This document shows positions 22,764 to 33,032 of a stretch of 64,000 nt of DNA, one piece after another. The position numbers and the translations under genes were made by a program. The notes below the pieces were generated by a model. That model made no database searches. It saw only the letters and a list, made by a program, of their open reading frames with translations, and was not told the origin of the DNA. Each line of letters begins with the position of its first letter. Within the stretch, counting starts at the first letter, position 1. The stretch comes from a bacterium (GTDB lineage Bacteria; Electryoneota; RPQS01), in NCBI GenBank assembly GCA_023382385.1, contig JAHDVH010000003.1:278806-342805 (forward strand), in the 5' to 3' direction.

Positions 22764-23552
22764 TTATCGACTGGTTGGGAGCGGTACTTCAAATCTGGGT
22801 TCAACATCAACCGCACGGTCACGCAAGTTTAAGCAATGCGTCCCGTACCCCAAGCGCACGAGACCAAGTGGTGGGATTCCCGTACTACGATAGGCGACCA
22901 CCTTCGCGCCCTCTGCGCCGGACCCCCGGTACACAGTCACTGGAAATGTGCCGGAATAGAGTTTTAATTCTGTCTTCTCTCCGGGTCGCGGCTGATCAAG
23001 CCGATCATCATCAAATACACTCTGCGGCAAGACGAAGCTGACATTGGAGAATGGCTCTTTGTTCATCCGCCAAAGTCCGCGATAAACCTCGCCAATCTTC
23101 TCCCCGCGTTCTACAACAAGATCGAAGTCCACGCTTGGTCGATCGGTCTCGAGGCTCTTGTAGGTTGCTTGCAGCCAAGCGGCATTCTTGCCCATCCAGG
23201 ATACGCCACCGTGATATGTGATCGAAAGATGAGCAATGACAGGGCCGAATGGACCGGTAGACTCTTTCCATTCCGTCAATGCATAGACCGCCATTACGCC
23301 TGACACCTCGTCATCAAGAAATCCGCGATACAGCAGGTGACGAACCCACGTCAACGCCTGGGAACGAAGTCGTGCAGCGGGATCATCTTGTACCGCCTCT
23401 TCCTGAACAGGCTGTGGTATGGAGTCAGTCCGCAGCGTATCGACGACCAGCGTGTCTAACTGCGCAGGCTCCAAGCTGTACGGATACTGTGCAAACGCAA
23501 CGGTTGCAATGAACAGCCACAGAGCAAGTATTTGAGTGCAACGGCTACGCAA
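22764..23552 (-). CDS. Hypothetical exported protein
   Basis: Signal peptide (LWLFIATVAFA-Q); tight operon spacing. Confidence 0.7.
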   Translation of the reverse strand: MRSRCTQILALWLFIATVAFAQYPYSLEPAQLDTLVVDTLRTDSIPQPVQEEAVQDDPAARLRSQALTWVRHLLYRGFLDDEVSGVMAVYALTEWKESTGPFGPVIAHLSITYHGGVSWMGKNAAWLQATYKSLETDRPSVDFDLVVERGEKIGEVYRGLWRMNKEPFSNVSFVLPQSVFDDDRLDQPRPGEKTELKLYSGTFPVTVYRGSGAEGAKVVAYRSTGIPPLGLVRLGYGTHCLNLRDRAVDVEPRFEVPLPTSR

Positions 23553-23554
23553 TC

Positions 23555-24025
23555 TTAGAACGTCGCGTTTCTTGTATTCTTTATGAGCACTTCGGTCATC
23601 TTTTTCGGCTCGACCACAACGGCTCCCTGAACCCCGTCACCGTCCCATCCGTTTGCGTACCAGCTGTCCCCGTCCTCAACGAAGAGGCTGTACTTTCCCT
23701 CTGAAACGGGGATAGTGAATCGCCCTTTTTCATCACAAACCGTCTCGGCAACCAGCGGAGAAGCAATGGAATCAGCGCTCACCCCCGGGAGTCCCTTTAC
23801 CGGCTCATGTAGCCTGACACGCAGTCCCGCACCGGGTTTAATCTGATTATTGCGCCTTGCCTCATCCACCGGCGGCATGAAATTGCCCTCCCAAATCTCG
23901 ACGCGACCCGTTACACCACTTATCGGCGCAGGCGCGTCCTGATTCTTAGCCTCGCGTCGTCCCATCCCAATTACGCTGGCAGCCAATAGAAACATGGCCA
24001 CGATCTTTAATGGTCTCTTGCTCAT
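23555..24025 (-). CDS. Hypothetical exported protein (prealbumin/carboxypeptidase-regulatory-like fold)
   Basis: N-terminal hydrophobic segment; GVTGRV...DEKGRFTIPVSEGKYSLFV; ATGA overlap with recJ. Confidence 0.7.
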   Translation of the reverse strand: MSKRPLKIVAMFLLAASVIGMGRREAKNQDAPAPISGVTGRVEIWEGNFMPPVDEARRNNQIKPGAGLRVRLHEPVKGLPGVSADSIASPLVAETVCDEKGRFTIPVSEGKYSLFVEDGDSWYANGWDGDGVQGAVVVEPKKMTEVLIKNTRNATF

Positions 24026-25719
24026 CGCAGGTCCTTAATGCGGAGTTGCGTCGTCTTGCGATTCTGGTATTCGTTCTCTTCAATTACGTATACCATCTCG
24101 AACTCACGGCGGCCATTCATAAAACGATCGATTCGCTCTCCAAGATTGAATCCGATGGCCTCGAATTGCAGACCGTTTTGTGTTGCTACTAACTTTAGAT
24201 GGTTCTGGCCAACAATGCGGGGAGGATATGCCGTCCCGAGGTCCCGAGTTACAAATGTCGGACGTGTATTCTGAGGTCCGAATGGTTCAAAACGTTTCAA
24301 TGTTTGAACAACTTCGGGTGTTATCTCGTCCAGCGAGATTTCGCTCTCGATCCGCACCTTGCGCACCAGGTCGTCTTCAGTCATCAGGTCTCTGCAGGCT
24401 TCCTCGAATCGCTGCTTGAATGCGGAAATATTCTCTGCGGGAATTGTGAGACCCGCAGCATATTTATGTCCGCCGAACTGTTCGAGCAAATCTGAGCACG
24501 CCTTCAGCGCATTGAATATATCGAAATTGGATACCGAACGAGCGGAACCTTTCCCCATACCGTTCTCGACTGAAATCATGACCGTTGGACGATAGAATCG
24601 TTCGATGAGTCTCGACGCCACGATTCCAATAACACCTGAATGCCAGCCTTCCCGAGATAGCACAATCGAGTGACGCTCCTGCGGGTTCATCGTATACCGG
24701 ATTTCCTCAAGCGCCTGACTGAGCGTATCGTTGTCGATTTCCTTGCGGCGGCGATTCTCCTGCTCCAAGACTTGAGCTACCTCACGTGCCTGCTGGGCAT
24801 CGCGCGTAGTTAGGAGCTGCACGGCTCGCATTGCGCTTCCCATGCGACCAACCGCATTGATCCGCGGAGCAATATTGAAGACTATCTGCCCGACATCAAT
24901 CTTACCCCCTCGCACTCCCGCTGACTCAATCAGGCTCGCGAGTCCCACTTCCGGAGAGACATTGAGCTTCTCAAGCCCCTCTTTTACCAGCACCCGATTC
25001 TCATCAATCAAAGGAACGATGTCCGCAGCGGTCCCGAGTGCCACAAGGTCTATGTAGCGGAAAGCGTAATCCGAATCGAGGCCGAGAGTCTTGGTAATGC
25101 CTTGTGCGAGCTTGAACGTCACCCCTACGCCGGCGAGTTCGCTGAAGGGGTAACTTGAATCCTTGCACTTTGGGTCAAGCACTGCAAGTGCATCGGGCAT
25201 TTCGTCGGCCGGCTCGTGATGGTCACTTATGATCAAATCGAGGCCGAGCGATTTTGCGTAAAGAGCCTCCGCCACCGATGTGATGCCGCAATCCACGGAG
25301 ATGACCAGATCCGCTCCCTGCTTCTTCACTTCGTCGAGACCGGCCTGCGATATCCCGTAGCCTTCATTCTGCCGATCGGGAATATAGGCCACAACGTCGC
25401 CGCCGAGGTCGCGCAGAAACAAATAGAGCATCGAGACCGAAGTTATCCCGTCTACGTCGTAATCACCGTAAATCGCGATGCGTTCGCGCCCCTGAAGGGC
25501 TTCAATAATGCGATCCACGGCGCGCTCCATACCTGGAAGGAGGAATGGATCGTGCAGCTGCGAGGGCGATGGATTGAAAAATCTATCCACCGCATCAGGT
25601 GTGTCCATTCCGCGATTCAATAGAATCCGCGCAATGGTATAGGGGACTTTGGCTTGTCGGCTTAAGCGCTCGATCTCCTCATGTGGCCGACTCTCCACCA
25701 TTTCCCATTTGGGTTGCAT
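24022..25719 (-). CDS. recJ: Single-stranded DNA exonuclease RecJ
   Basis: YGDYDVDG, VDCG, SDHH, GTAADIVPL, PRINAVGR, GSARS, GGH.YAAG. Confidence 0.97.
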   Translation of the reverse strand: MQPKWEMVESRPHEEIERLSRQAKVPYTIARILLNRGMDTPDAVDRFFNPSPSQLHDPFLLPGMERAVDRIIEALQGRERIAIYGDYDVDGITSVSMLYLFLRDLGGDVVAYIPDRQNEGYGISQAGLDEVKKQGADLVISVDCGITSVAEALYAKSLGLDLIISDHHEPADEMPDALAVLDPKCKDSSYPFSELAGVGVTFKLAQGITKTLGLDSDYAFRYIDLVALGTAADIVPLIDENRVLVKEGLEKLNVSPEVGLASLIESAGVRGGKIDVGQIVFNIAPRINAVGRMGSAMRAVQLLTTRDAQQAREVAQVLEQENRRRKEIDNDTLSQALEEIRYTMNPQERHSIVLSREGWHSGVIGIVASRLIERFYRPTVMISVENGMGKGSARSVSNFDIFNALKACSDLLEQFGGHKYAAGLTIPAENISAFKQRFEEACRDLMTEDDLVRKVRIESEISLDEITPEVVQTLKRFEPFGPQNTRPTFVTRDLGTAYPPRIVGQNHLKLVATQNGLQFEAIGFNLGERIDRFMNGRREFEMVYVIEENEYQNRKTTQLRIKDLR

Positions 25720-25821
25720 GGTTATTCCTGTATGTCATATAAACAAAAATCTTGGTTGAGTGTTGGTTACTCGTTCCGTGGTTTGCGACGAGACGTCGAA
25801 AACTGTGTCCAAAAAAAAATG

Positions 25822-26168
25822 GGGTTCGCCTGTAAGCCGAATTCTGTACCCTTGCGGGTGGTGATCATCTGTCTGGGTTGATGATTACTCATCACCTCGG
25901 GCGGCCTACCCACCGGATCCTATGCTCCGCGAGCAACGGAGACTCCCGGCATACTTGGCCTTGCTTCGAGCGGGGTTTTCCCTGCCGCATCCATTACTGA
26001 ATGCGCGGTGCGCTCTTACCGCACCATTTCACCCTTACCCTTGCGGGCGGTGTATTTTCTGTGGCACTTTCCGTTGCGTTGCCACACCCGGCTGTTAGCC
26101 GGCGCTCTGCTCTATGAAGTTCGGACTTTCCTCGCCTGACAAGTCAGGCGCGATCACCCGGCGAACCC
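25822..26168 (-). ncRNA. rnpB: RNase P RNA (type A)
   Basis: Minus strand has GAGGAAAGTCC, GAAAGTGCCACAGAAA, GGGTGAAATGGTGCGGTAAGAGCGCACC, ACAGAATTCGGCTTA; P1 stem GGGTTCGCC/GGCGAACCC. Confidence 0.96.
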
Positions 26169-26179
26169 TGCAATCTTAC

Positions 26180-26632
26180 TCATCGCTTTTCCGCGTCATC
26201 CAAGGCCCGGTTAACCAACTTGTCGGCGTCCTTATTTTCTTCCCTGCGAACATGCCGGATGCGCGGAGTCAGGCCGTTTAGCAACTTCTTCTTCTGCTGG
26301 ACTTCGCTGTTCAGTTCCTGCAAGCGTGGTTCCTTGATCTTCCACTCTCCCAGTACCTGGTTGACGATTAGCAGACTGTCACACGCGATTCGAAGGACCG
26401 ATGCTCCGCTGCCTTTGATCAGAGGGTTGGCGGCGCAGACTTCCAGCAGTCTTATCAGCGCACGATACTCCGCTTCGTTGTTTGTCGCGCGGCCAATGTA
26501 GGAACCTTCTTCATAGAGAAGTGTGCCGTTGTCGTCATGAACAACGACTCCGATTGCCGCCGGGCCGGGATTGCCGCGCGCGCCGCCGTCAATGTGCGCG
26601 TGAAGTTCGATGGAAGACTTACCCAAGTGCAT
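26180..26632 (-). CDS. rnhA: Ribonuclease HI family protein
   Basis: DGGARGNPGPA, TNNEAEY, DSLLIVNQV, RREENKDAD. Confidence 0.9.
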   Translation of the reverse strand: MHLGKSSIELHAHIDGGARGNPGPAAIGVVVHDDNGTLLYEEGSYIGRATNNEAEYRALIRLLEVCAANPLIKGSGASVLRIACDSLLIVNQVLGEWKIKEPRLQELNSEVQQKKKLLNGLTPRIRHVRREENKDADKLVNRALDDAEKR

Positions 26633-26658
26633 GCGCGCTACGACGATTTCGACGGAGG

Positions 26659-27399
26659 CTAATCGAGATCAGCAGGGGCGACAAATCGGCCACACGCCTC
26701 ACAGGCATAAATATCCCGCGATTGGCGGATCACGACCTGAGTCTGCGGTGGAATCAAGGCAAAGCAACCGCCGCAGGCCTCACCAACGAGAACCGCGATG
26801 CCGCGACCGTCCTTCGCATCCCGAATGCGCTCATAATGAGCAAGCAGCCGCGGATTGATGCTTTGAGCAAATCCTGCCCGACGCTCGAGAAGACTTCTCT
26901 CTTCTCCCTCAGTCTCTTTCAACTTCTGCTCAAGCTCTACCTCGCGCGCCACTTTGTCTGACTTCAATTGCTCCAGCTCAGCTTGCTTGTCCTCGACCAC
27001 TTGAGCCAGTTCGATGGCCCGTTCTGTGTTCGTCGAAATCAGCAACTCAAACTCCGCAATCTCCCGCCTTGCAGTATCCTGCTCAAGCGTGATTGCGTCG
27101 TACTCGCGAGTCGTGGTCACAGCATAAAGCTGTTGCTGATACTTGGCCAGCAAGTCTCTCGCAGTAGCCAACTTATGGCCGCTCTCGCCAGCTACCCTCT
27201 CTGCCTTCTTGCGTTCCTCTTCTTTAGCGGTGATGTACTCCTCGTACTCTGCGATTTGAGCCGCCAAGGCTTCCACCTGTTCTGGTAGTCCTCCGCGCTC
27301 CTCCGCAATGTCCGCCAATTCTAAATCAATCTCCTGAATCTCGGTCAGCGCCTTGAGCGTCTGCCGAACTTCCTCGGGCGTTGCTTCCTGAATGATCAC
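26659..27399 (-). CDS. Coiled-coil C4 zinc-ribbon protein (DUF164, CT398/HP0958-like)
   Basis: Long coiled coil; C-terminal CGGC...CEACGR. Confidence 0.9.
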   Translation of the reverse strand: MIIQEATPEEVRQTLKALTEIQEIDLELADIAEERGGLPEQVEALAAQIAEYEEYITAKEEERKKAERVAGESGHKLATARDLLAKYQQQLYAVTTTREYDAITLEQDTARREIAEFELLISTNTERAIELAQVVEDKQAELEQLKSDKVAREVELEQKLKETEGEERSLLERRAGFAQSINPRLLAHYERIRDAKDGRGIAVLVGEACGGCFALIPPQTQVVIRQSRDIYACEACGRFVAPADLD

Positions 27400-27431
27400 T
27401 CTTTCTGCCTGCCTTCAACTTCGTGGTGCCC

Positions 27432-27470
27432 AAAAACGAGAAAAGGTGCGCGAAAACTGGTCCGCACACC
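27432..27470 (-). terminator. Intrinsic terminator/attenuator hairpin upstream of DUF164
   Basis: Minus strand GGTGTGCG-N10-CGCGCACC-TTTTCTCGTTTTT. Confidence 0.6.
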
Positions 27471-27595
27471 CTGTTCGAACTACATTTCCCTGCCCACGTG
27501 CCATAATTCGGTTTCCAACCTGTTTTCCCGACGACAGCGTGGTGCGCAAGACAAGGAACTCCTTTTCATCGCTGATACCGGTGGTTGCCGCACGG

Positions 27596-27668
<73 letters not shown>

Positions 27669-27764
27669 TGCATTCGCCGGCCGCCCCGCGCCTCGTGCAG
27701 GCGATGGCCAGGTTCTGCCTCACACTTCACACAGCTCCGCAGCTCCAAACCAGCGTAGACTCTT

Positions 27765-27792
27765 AATATACAAACCTCCCGTGACTTGTCAA
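27765..27792 (-). promoter_or_regulatory. Sigma70-type promoter for the tRNA operon
   Basis: TTGACA-N16-TATATT on the minus strand. Confidence 0.6.
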
Positions 27793-27892
27793 GCCAAAAT
27801 TCTCACCCATGAGAACACATAAACTTAATTAAATAAATAATTTAGCGCGACAAAGCCCTTCCAGCGAGAGGGAGCCGCACGCTTTTGTTCGC

Positions 27893-28576
27893 TCACAAAT
27901 CATACCTTATGAATAGAGTCGGGTGAAGATACCACTTGTGGTACTCAAAACCGTCCTCTTCAGTATATGCACCCGCGAAATTGCGCGACAGTTCCCACTC
28001 TGTCCCGAATGCAAGGTGCTGATGCCTGTATTGAAACTGAGGCTCGGCTTGAACGGAGACAGGATTGTCGCCGTAATTGTTTGAATTCCAATCCACATAC
28101 CCTAAGAACTCGAATCTGGACTTTTTGATTGGCAGGAACCAGACACCTGTCAACTGCCAGCCCAAGTCTGACGCAAACTCTTGACGCAAAAGAGTTTGCA
28201 ACTCGATTACGGCACTTCCTATTCGCAATTCTGTTAGCGCAAGTCCTGCTAACACCGTGCGGGGAATGAGTTTCCCTCCAGTTTTGTCAAAACCGGTGAC
28301 CCCGTCATTAAACTGGATTGTTGCGTTAAGATCTGTCCGTTTAATCTTTGCAAAAGCGAAATGCCGGGAAACTTCGAAATAGGACTGAGTTTGCCCTGTT
28401 TTCCCGAAATCGAAGTCGGCAAAGAAGAAACTTGAGCCCAGCCGATCTCCGCTCCAAATCTCAACGGTTGACGTGAAGACTTCACGATTGAAGTCACGAT
28501 GAAGCTGGCCGTTCACGAACGTGTCCGCGGCGTGGGCTGCAGCAGCAATCAGGAGACTAAGTGCCATCAGGCGCAT
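27893..28576 (-). CDS. DUF5020/Tsx-like outer membrane beta-barrel (putative nucleoside channel)
   Basis: Signal peptide, TSTVEIW.GDRLGSSFFFADFDF, EPQFQY, GTEWELSRNF, aromatic-rich strands. Confidence 0.7.
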   Translation of the reverse strand: MRLMALSLLIAAAAHAADTFVNGQLHRDFNREVFTSTVEIWSGDRLGSSFFFADFDFGKTGQTQSYFEVSRHFAFAKIKRTDLNATIQFNDGVTGFDKTGGKLIPRTVLAGLALTELRIGSAVIELQTLLRQEFASDLGWQLTGVWFLPIKKSRFEFLGYVDWNSNNYGDNPVSVQAEPQFQYRHQHLAFGTEWELSRNFAGAYTEEDGFEYHKWYLHPTLFIRYDL

Positions 28577-28742
28577 ATCCGGTTTTCCTTGTTAACTTTG
28601 GGCCTTGGAGGTTTTCCGGGACTCTCAAGCGAGGGAGGCAATACATTCATATTAAGATAGTCTGACTTTCACAGATAATCAATCCTTAAAGCATCCGCCT
28701 TGACTATCTCGCTGTCCTGTCTTAAATTGCATTGGTATAGAT

Positions 28743-29432
28743 ATGAAGTTGCTTGTTTTCGACATAGATGGCACCCTAACCCACCTTGACGGCGCGACGC
28801 GCAGAGCTTACTGGCGAGCGTTCCGCGCGGTCTTCGGCGTCGAACCCGTCACGGATGGCGTGTCGATGCACGGCCGGACAGATCCCCTGATCTTCCGCGA
28901 GTGCTTTGAAAGGACAGGTTTGGGCGGAAACTGGCGCAACGCGTATCAGGAGTTTAAACCTCGATATCTCGAGGCGCTTCCAGAATCCATTCGTAATACA
29001 GAGAGGACTCATTTGCACGTCGGTGTGCGTGAGTTGCTTGTTTCCCTTTCAGAGCGTCCGCACGAATTTGCATTAGCTCTCGGCACCGGCAACATGGAAG
29101 CGGGCGCTCGAGTGAAAATCGGCTATTTCGGTCTGAATGACTACTTTCCCGTAGGAGGTTTTGGAGACGAGCACGAAGAGCGTCACTTGATTCTACAGGA
29201 TTCTATCACCGCCTCACATGCCTACTACGGGCGATTGTTTTCGCCGGAAGAGACTTGGGTTATCGGTGACACAGAGCACGACGTTTACGGTGCGCAGCGG
29301 CTCGGCCTGCGCACCCTGGCGGTTGCAACGGGGGGAAAATACTCGGTCGAGATGCTGAAAGCGACAGGTGCGGAAGAGGTTCGCGCAGACTTGAGCGCGA
29401 CGGCGGAATTGCTTGAACTCTTCCGAAACTAA
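28743..29432 (+). CDS. HAD-family hydrolase
   Basis: FDIDGTL, TGN, IGDTEHD. Confidence 0.9.
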   Translation: MKLLVFDIDGTLTHLDGATRRAYWRAFRAVFGVEPVTDGVSMHGRTDPLIFRECFERTGLGGNWRNAYQEFKPRYLEALPESIRNTERTHLHVGVRELLVSLSERPHEFALALGTGNMEAGARVKIGYFGLNDYFPVGGFGDEHEERHLILQDSITASHAYYGRLFSPEETWVIGDTEHDVYGAQRLGLRTLAVATGGKYSVEMLKATGAEEVRADLSATAELLELFRN

Positions 29433-30366
29433 GGCTGTCCTATCCCGCCGGCTGACGCTTTTCCTGCTCATGCTCACTCATGTCGGAGTGACTGGCTTCG
29501 GGTATGTCGTCAACAAGCTTGCGCTTCGCGAGTTCAATCCTTTCGCATATGGATTCTGGCGGTTGCTGATCGGCCTCTTCGGGCTTTCAACATTAGTTAT
29601 TGTCACACGGTCGTGGCCAAGAATCGACAAGGTAGACTGGCCCAGGGTTTTAGTGTTGGCGCTGGTCGCCGTGCCTGTCAACCAGTTGATCTATCTGGTC
29701 GGGATGAGCAAAACCATGCCTTCCCATGCCTCTTTGCTCTATGGCACGACCGCTGTATTTGCGTTGTTTCTGTCTTCCGCTTTGGGCTACGAGCGTATTC
29801 GTCGGCATAAGGTCGTGGCGATCATTATTGCACTTTGCGGACTCGCTTTAGTCGTTACGCAGGGAGGAGCTATTGACACAAGCTCGGATCTGTTCCTGGG
29901 TGACGTCTTGATATTTACAGCTGTGCTGGCTTGGGCAACCTATACCGTGGTCGGCAAGCCTTTGGTCAAGAAATACGGCGCCTTGCCGTCGACATGCGTA
30001 GTATTGATAATCGGATCAATCATCAGCCTGCCGTTCCTGGTAATACCGGCGCGTATGCAGGATTACACAGATATTACGTGGATTGGCTGGGGCGGCACTT
30101 TCTACGCAGGAATTGTGTTGACTGTTCTTGCCTACAATGTCTGGTACAGGATTCTGTCGATGGTCGACCCTTCGCAAGTCGCAATTCTGACTACCCCGCA
30201 ACCGGTGGTCGCAACTACTCTCTCGACCTTTCTTGTCGGTGAAGTTGTCGGCTGGCCGTTAGCACTGGGTGGAGCCCTTGTGATTGCCGGAATTGTGCTT
30301 ATGGACGCTCCTGCCTTCGCGAAGCATGCCGGAAATTTACGAAGAAGAGTCACGGGATTGCAGTAA
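29413..30366 (+). CDS. DMT/EamA family transporter
   Basis: About 10 TM helices in two EamA repeats. Confidence 0.88.
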   Translation: MNSSETKAVLSRRLTLFLLMLTHVGVTGFGYVVNKLALREFNPFAYGFWRLLIGLFGLSTLVIVTRSWPRIDKVDWPRVLVLALVAVPVNQLIYLVGMSKTMPSHASLLYGTTAVFALFLSSALGYERIRRHKVVAIIIALCGLALVVTQGGAIDTSSDLFLGDVLIFTAVLAWATYTVVGKPLVKKYGALPSTCVVLIIGSIISLPFLVIPARMQDYTDITWIGWGGTFYAGIVLTVLAYNVWYRILSMVDPSQVAILTTPQPVVATTLSTFLVGEVVGWPLALGGALVIAGIVLMDAPAFAKHAGNLRRRVTGLQ

Positions 30367-30375
30367 GAGGTTTGA

Positions 30376-30897
30376 ATGTCTATCGCTGGCAAAAAAGTTG
30401 CGGTGCTCGTGGAACATCACTACCAGGATCTTGAAGTATGGTATCCCGTGATGCGCTTACGCGAAGCCGGAGTGAAAGTTCACTTGATCGGCACTGGATC
30501 TGCACCCGAATACGCAGGCAAATTCGGATATCCTGCTAAAGTGGACAAAACTGCAGACAAGATAAAGGCTGCCGGTTATGACGGGCTCGTCATACCTGGT
30601 GGTTGGGCTCCTGACAAACTAAGGATGTCCGAAGCGGTCTTGTCTCTCGTGCGCGAGATGGATCGCGCAAAGAAACCGATTGCGTGTATTTGTCACGGAG
30701 GATGGGTACTCGTTTCCGCAGGCGTTTTGCGCGGACGGAAAGTAACGAGTTATGTGGCGATTCGCGATGACATGGTGAACGCGGGCGCGAAGTGGGTAGA
30801 CGAAGCCGTCGTGGTGGACAGGCACCTCATCACCTCGCGCAAGCCTGACGACCTGCCGGTTTTCATGATTGAATTTTTGAAGCAGCTTGCCGCCTGA
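30376..30897 (+). CDS. DJ-1/PfpI family protein
   Basis: DLEVWYP, PGGWAPD, CICHG, ITSRKPDDL. Confidence 0.93.
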   Translation: MSIAGKKVAVLVEHHYQDLEVWYPVMRLREAGVKVHLIGTGSAPEYAGKFGYPAKVDKTADKIKAAGYDGLVIPGGWAPDKLRMSEAVLSLVREMDRAKKPIACICHGGWVLVSAGVLRGRKVTSYVAIRDDMVNAGAKWVDEAVVVDRHLITSRKPDDLPVFMIEFLKQLAA

Positions 30898-30900
30898 CGC

Positions 30901-32580
30901 ATGACTCGCGGTGAAGTGGTTGCATTGCTGGAGGAGTACGCGCTGCTTCTCGATTTACTTGATGAAGAGGCGTTCCGCGCACGCGCTTTCGCGAATGCGG
31001 CCCGCCAACTCACGCAAGTGTCTGCAACTCTCGAAGAGCTTCTGATCGGCTCACGCCTGAAGATGGTTAAGGGTGTAGGTGCCGCGATTGAACAAGCGAT
31101 ACGCGACATTGCAGAGAGCGGAACATTTACTGAACTCGAACGTGCGAGGGACCGCGTTCCCCCTGGCGTATTAGACTTAATGCGCGTTGATGGTCTCGGT
31201 CCCAAAAAGGCTCGCGTACTGTGGCGCGAGGCACATATCTCTTCACTTGAAGAGCTGGACTCGGCCATCATGGCAGGCAAGCTTTCCGCTCTTTCAGGCT
31301 TTGGGGGCAAAACCCTTGAAAAATTCCGGGCCAGCATTGCTTTCCTGCAAACAATCGGCAAACGCAGGCTCCGGCATCATGCCAAAAGAATTGCGGCGGC
31401 GCTGACTGAACAAATCTTGGCACTTCCGCACGTCGACTCAGTTCACTTCTGTGGAAGCCTGCGTCGCAACTGTGAAACGATTGGTGATCTTGATTGCGCC
31501 GTGTGCGCATCACGTGAGCATCATAAGACCTCACGAGAGCTGATTTCGAGAATCGACGCTATCACGTGGAACAACAAGGACGGAGAGATTTGGTCTGGAC
31601 GCACGACGGAAGGAATGGACATCGAGTTGTCCGTTTGCGCTCCCGATGAACTTGGGACAAGGCTTGTGCTCGCCACCGGTTCAAGAACTCACGTTGCCGA
31701 ACTCCTGCGCCGCGCGGGTGAACTGCCCAACTCGCCGACTGAAGAACAGCTATACGGTATGCTCGGGCTTCAATTCGTTCCACCTGCACTGCGAGAGCAA
31801 ACCACAGAGCCACGATTGTTAGGGGAACCTACGTATCCGTGCCCTGTTGAGAAGAAAGACATTCGAGGAATATTGCATATTCATTCGAACTACTCTGACG
31901 GACATCACTCCATTCGACAGATGGCAGAAGCCGCGATGCTGCGCGGCTATGAGTATATCGGGATTGCCGACCACTCCAAGTCGGCGGCTTACGCGGGAGG
32001 GCTTTCCACGGATCGCGTTATGGAACAGTGGGAAGAGATTGACTACTTGAATGATGAGCTTGCGCCGTTTCGCATTCTCAAAGGCACTGAATGTGATATC
32101 CTTGCTGACGGAAGTTTGGACTACGATGACGGTCTTCTGCGGGGATTTGATTACGTCGTTGCGTCAATTCATCAGGGTTTTCATATGTCCGAAGACGAGG
32201 CAACGACTCGCTTGTGCCGCGCTCTCGAGAATCCACACGTAGACATTCTTGGTCATGCCACCGGGCGTTTGCTCCTCAGGCGTGAAGGTTATCCAGTCAA
32301 TCACGAAAAACTTTTGGAATGCGCGGCCGAGTACGGGAAATCGATCGAGTTGAACACGAATCCGCATCGTCTGGATCTTGACTGGCGGTGGTTCAAGCGC
32401 GCTATTGAACTCGAGATTCCCATTCCTCTGAACCCTGACGCGCACGCCGCAGATGGACTCGACGATATTGAATACGGTCTTGATCTGGCTGCTAAAGGAC
32501 CGATCACGCAAGCACTTTGCCCTTCCGCATGGAGTGCTCACGAGTTCCTGCAATGGTGTCAAACTCACCCCCATCGATGA
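30901..32580 (+). CDS. polX: DNA polymerase X / PHP fusion
   Basis: HhH KGVG and GLGPKK, GSLRR..TIGDLD, PHP motifs HIHS..SDG, DHS, GHATGR, DAH. Confidence 0.92.
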   Translation: MTRGEVVALLEEYALLLDLLDEEAFRARAFANAARQLTQVSATLEELLIGSRLKMVKGVGAAIEQAIRDIAESGTFTELERARDRVPPGVLDLMRVDGLGPKKARVLWREAHISSLEELDSAIMAGKLSALSGFGGKTLEKFRASIAFLQTIGKRRLRHHAKRIAAALTEQILALPHVDSVHFCGSLRRNCETIGDLDCAVCASREHHKTSRELISRIDAITWNNKDGEIWSGRTTEGMDIELSVCAPDELGTRLVLATGSRTHVAELLRRAGELPNSPTEEQLYGMLGLQFVPPALREQTTEPRLLGEPTYPCPVEKKDIRGILHIHSNYSDGHHSIRQMAEAAMLRGYEYIGIADHSKSAAYAGGLSTDRVMEQWEEIDYLNDELAPFRILKGTECDILADGSLDYDDGLLRGFDYVVASIHQGFHMSEDEATTRLCRALENPHVDILGHATGRLLLRREGYPVNHEKLLECAAEYGKSIELNTNPHRLDLDWRWFKRAIELEIPIPLNPDAHAADGLDDIEYGLDLAAKGPITQALCPSAWSAHEFLQWCQTHPHR

Positions 32581-33032
32581 CGAATCAATCAGCATCAAGG
32601 CTCTTCCAAAAACTCCCCGATGCGGACTTCCGTTCTCGCTGCCAGACATTGTGTGAGTTGCTTCGCCGAGATAACTCGGCATACGACTGGGTGGGCATCT
32701 ACTGGGTAGACGGTGACGATCTCGTGCTCGGCCCCTGGTCGGGGAAGCAAGCAACTGAGCACACGCGCATTCCGATTTCACAGGGCATCTGCGGCGCAGC
32801 TGTTCGCGAGGGGCAAACCATTATCGTGGAGGACGTGCAGAATGATCCGCGATACCTTGCGTGTTTTCTCGAAACTCGCTCGGAAATCGTCGTTCCAATT
32901 CGTGCCGACGGCCTAATCATTGGCGAAATCGACATTGACGGCAAGCGCGTACGCGAGTTCGACGATAGAGACCAGGAATTTCTGGAAGAGCTATCGGAAC
33001 TAATCGGTCGCGAGTGGCCGGGGCGATGGTGA
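32577..33032 (+). CDS. GAF-domain protein (free Met-R-sulfoxide reductase-like)
   Basis: WVGIY, LGP, GICG, YLAC...RSEIVVP, GEIDID; ATGA overlap with polX. Confidence 0.85.
   Translation: MTNQSASRLFQKLPDADFRSRCQTLCELLRRDNSAYDWVGIYWVDGDDLVLGPWSGKQATEHTRIPISQGICGAAVREGQTIIVEDVQNDPRYLACFLETRSEIVVPIRADGLIIGEIDIDGKRVREFDDRDQEFLEELSELIGREWPGRW

Noticed and set aside
27420..27595. T-box or 6S RNA assignment for the post-tRNA element
   Set aside because: No T-box UGGNACC antiterminator and no convincing 6S central-bubble motifs; left as an unclassified switch.
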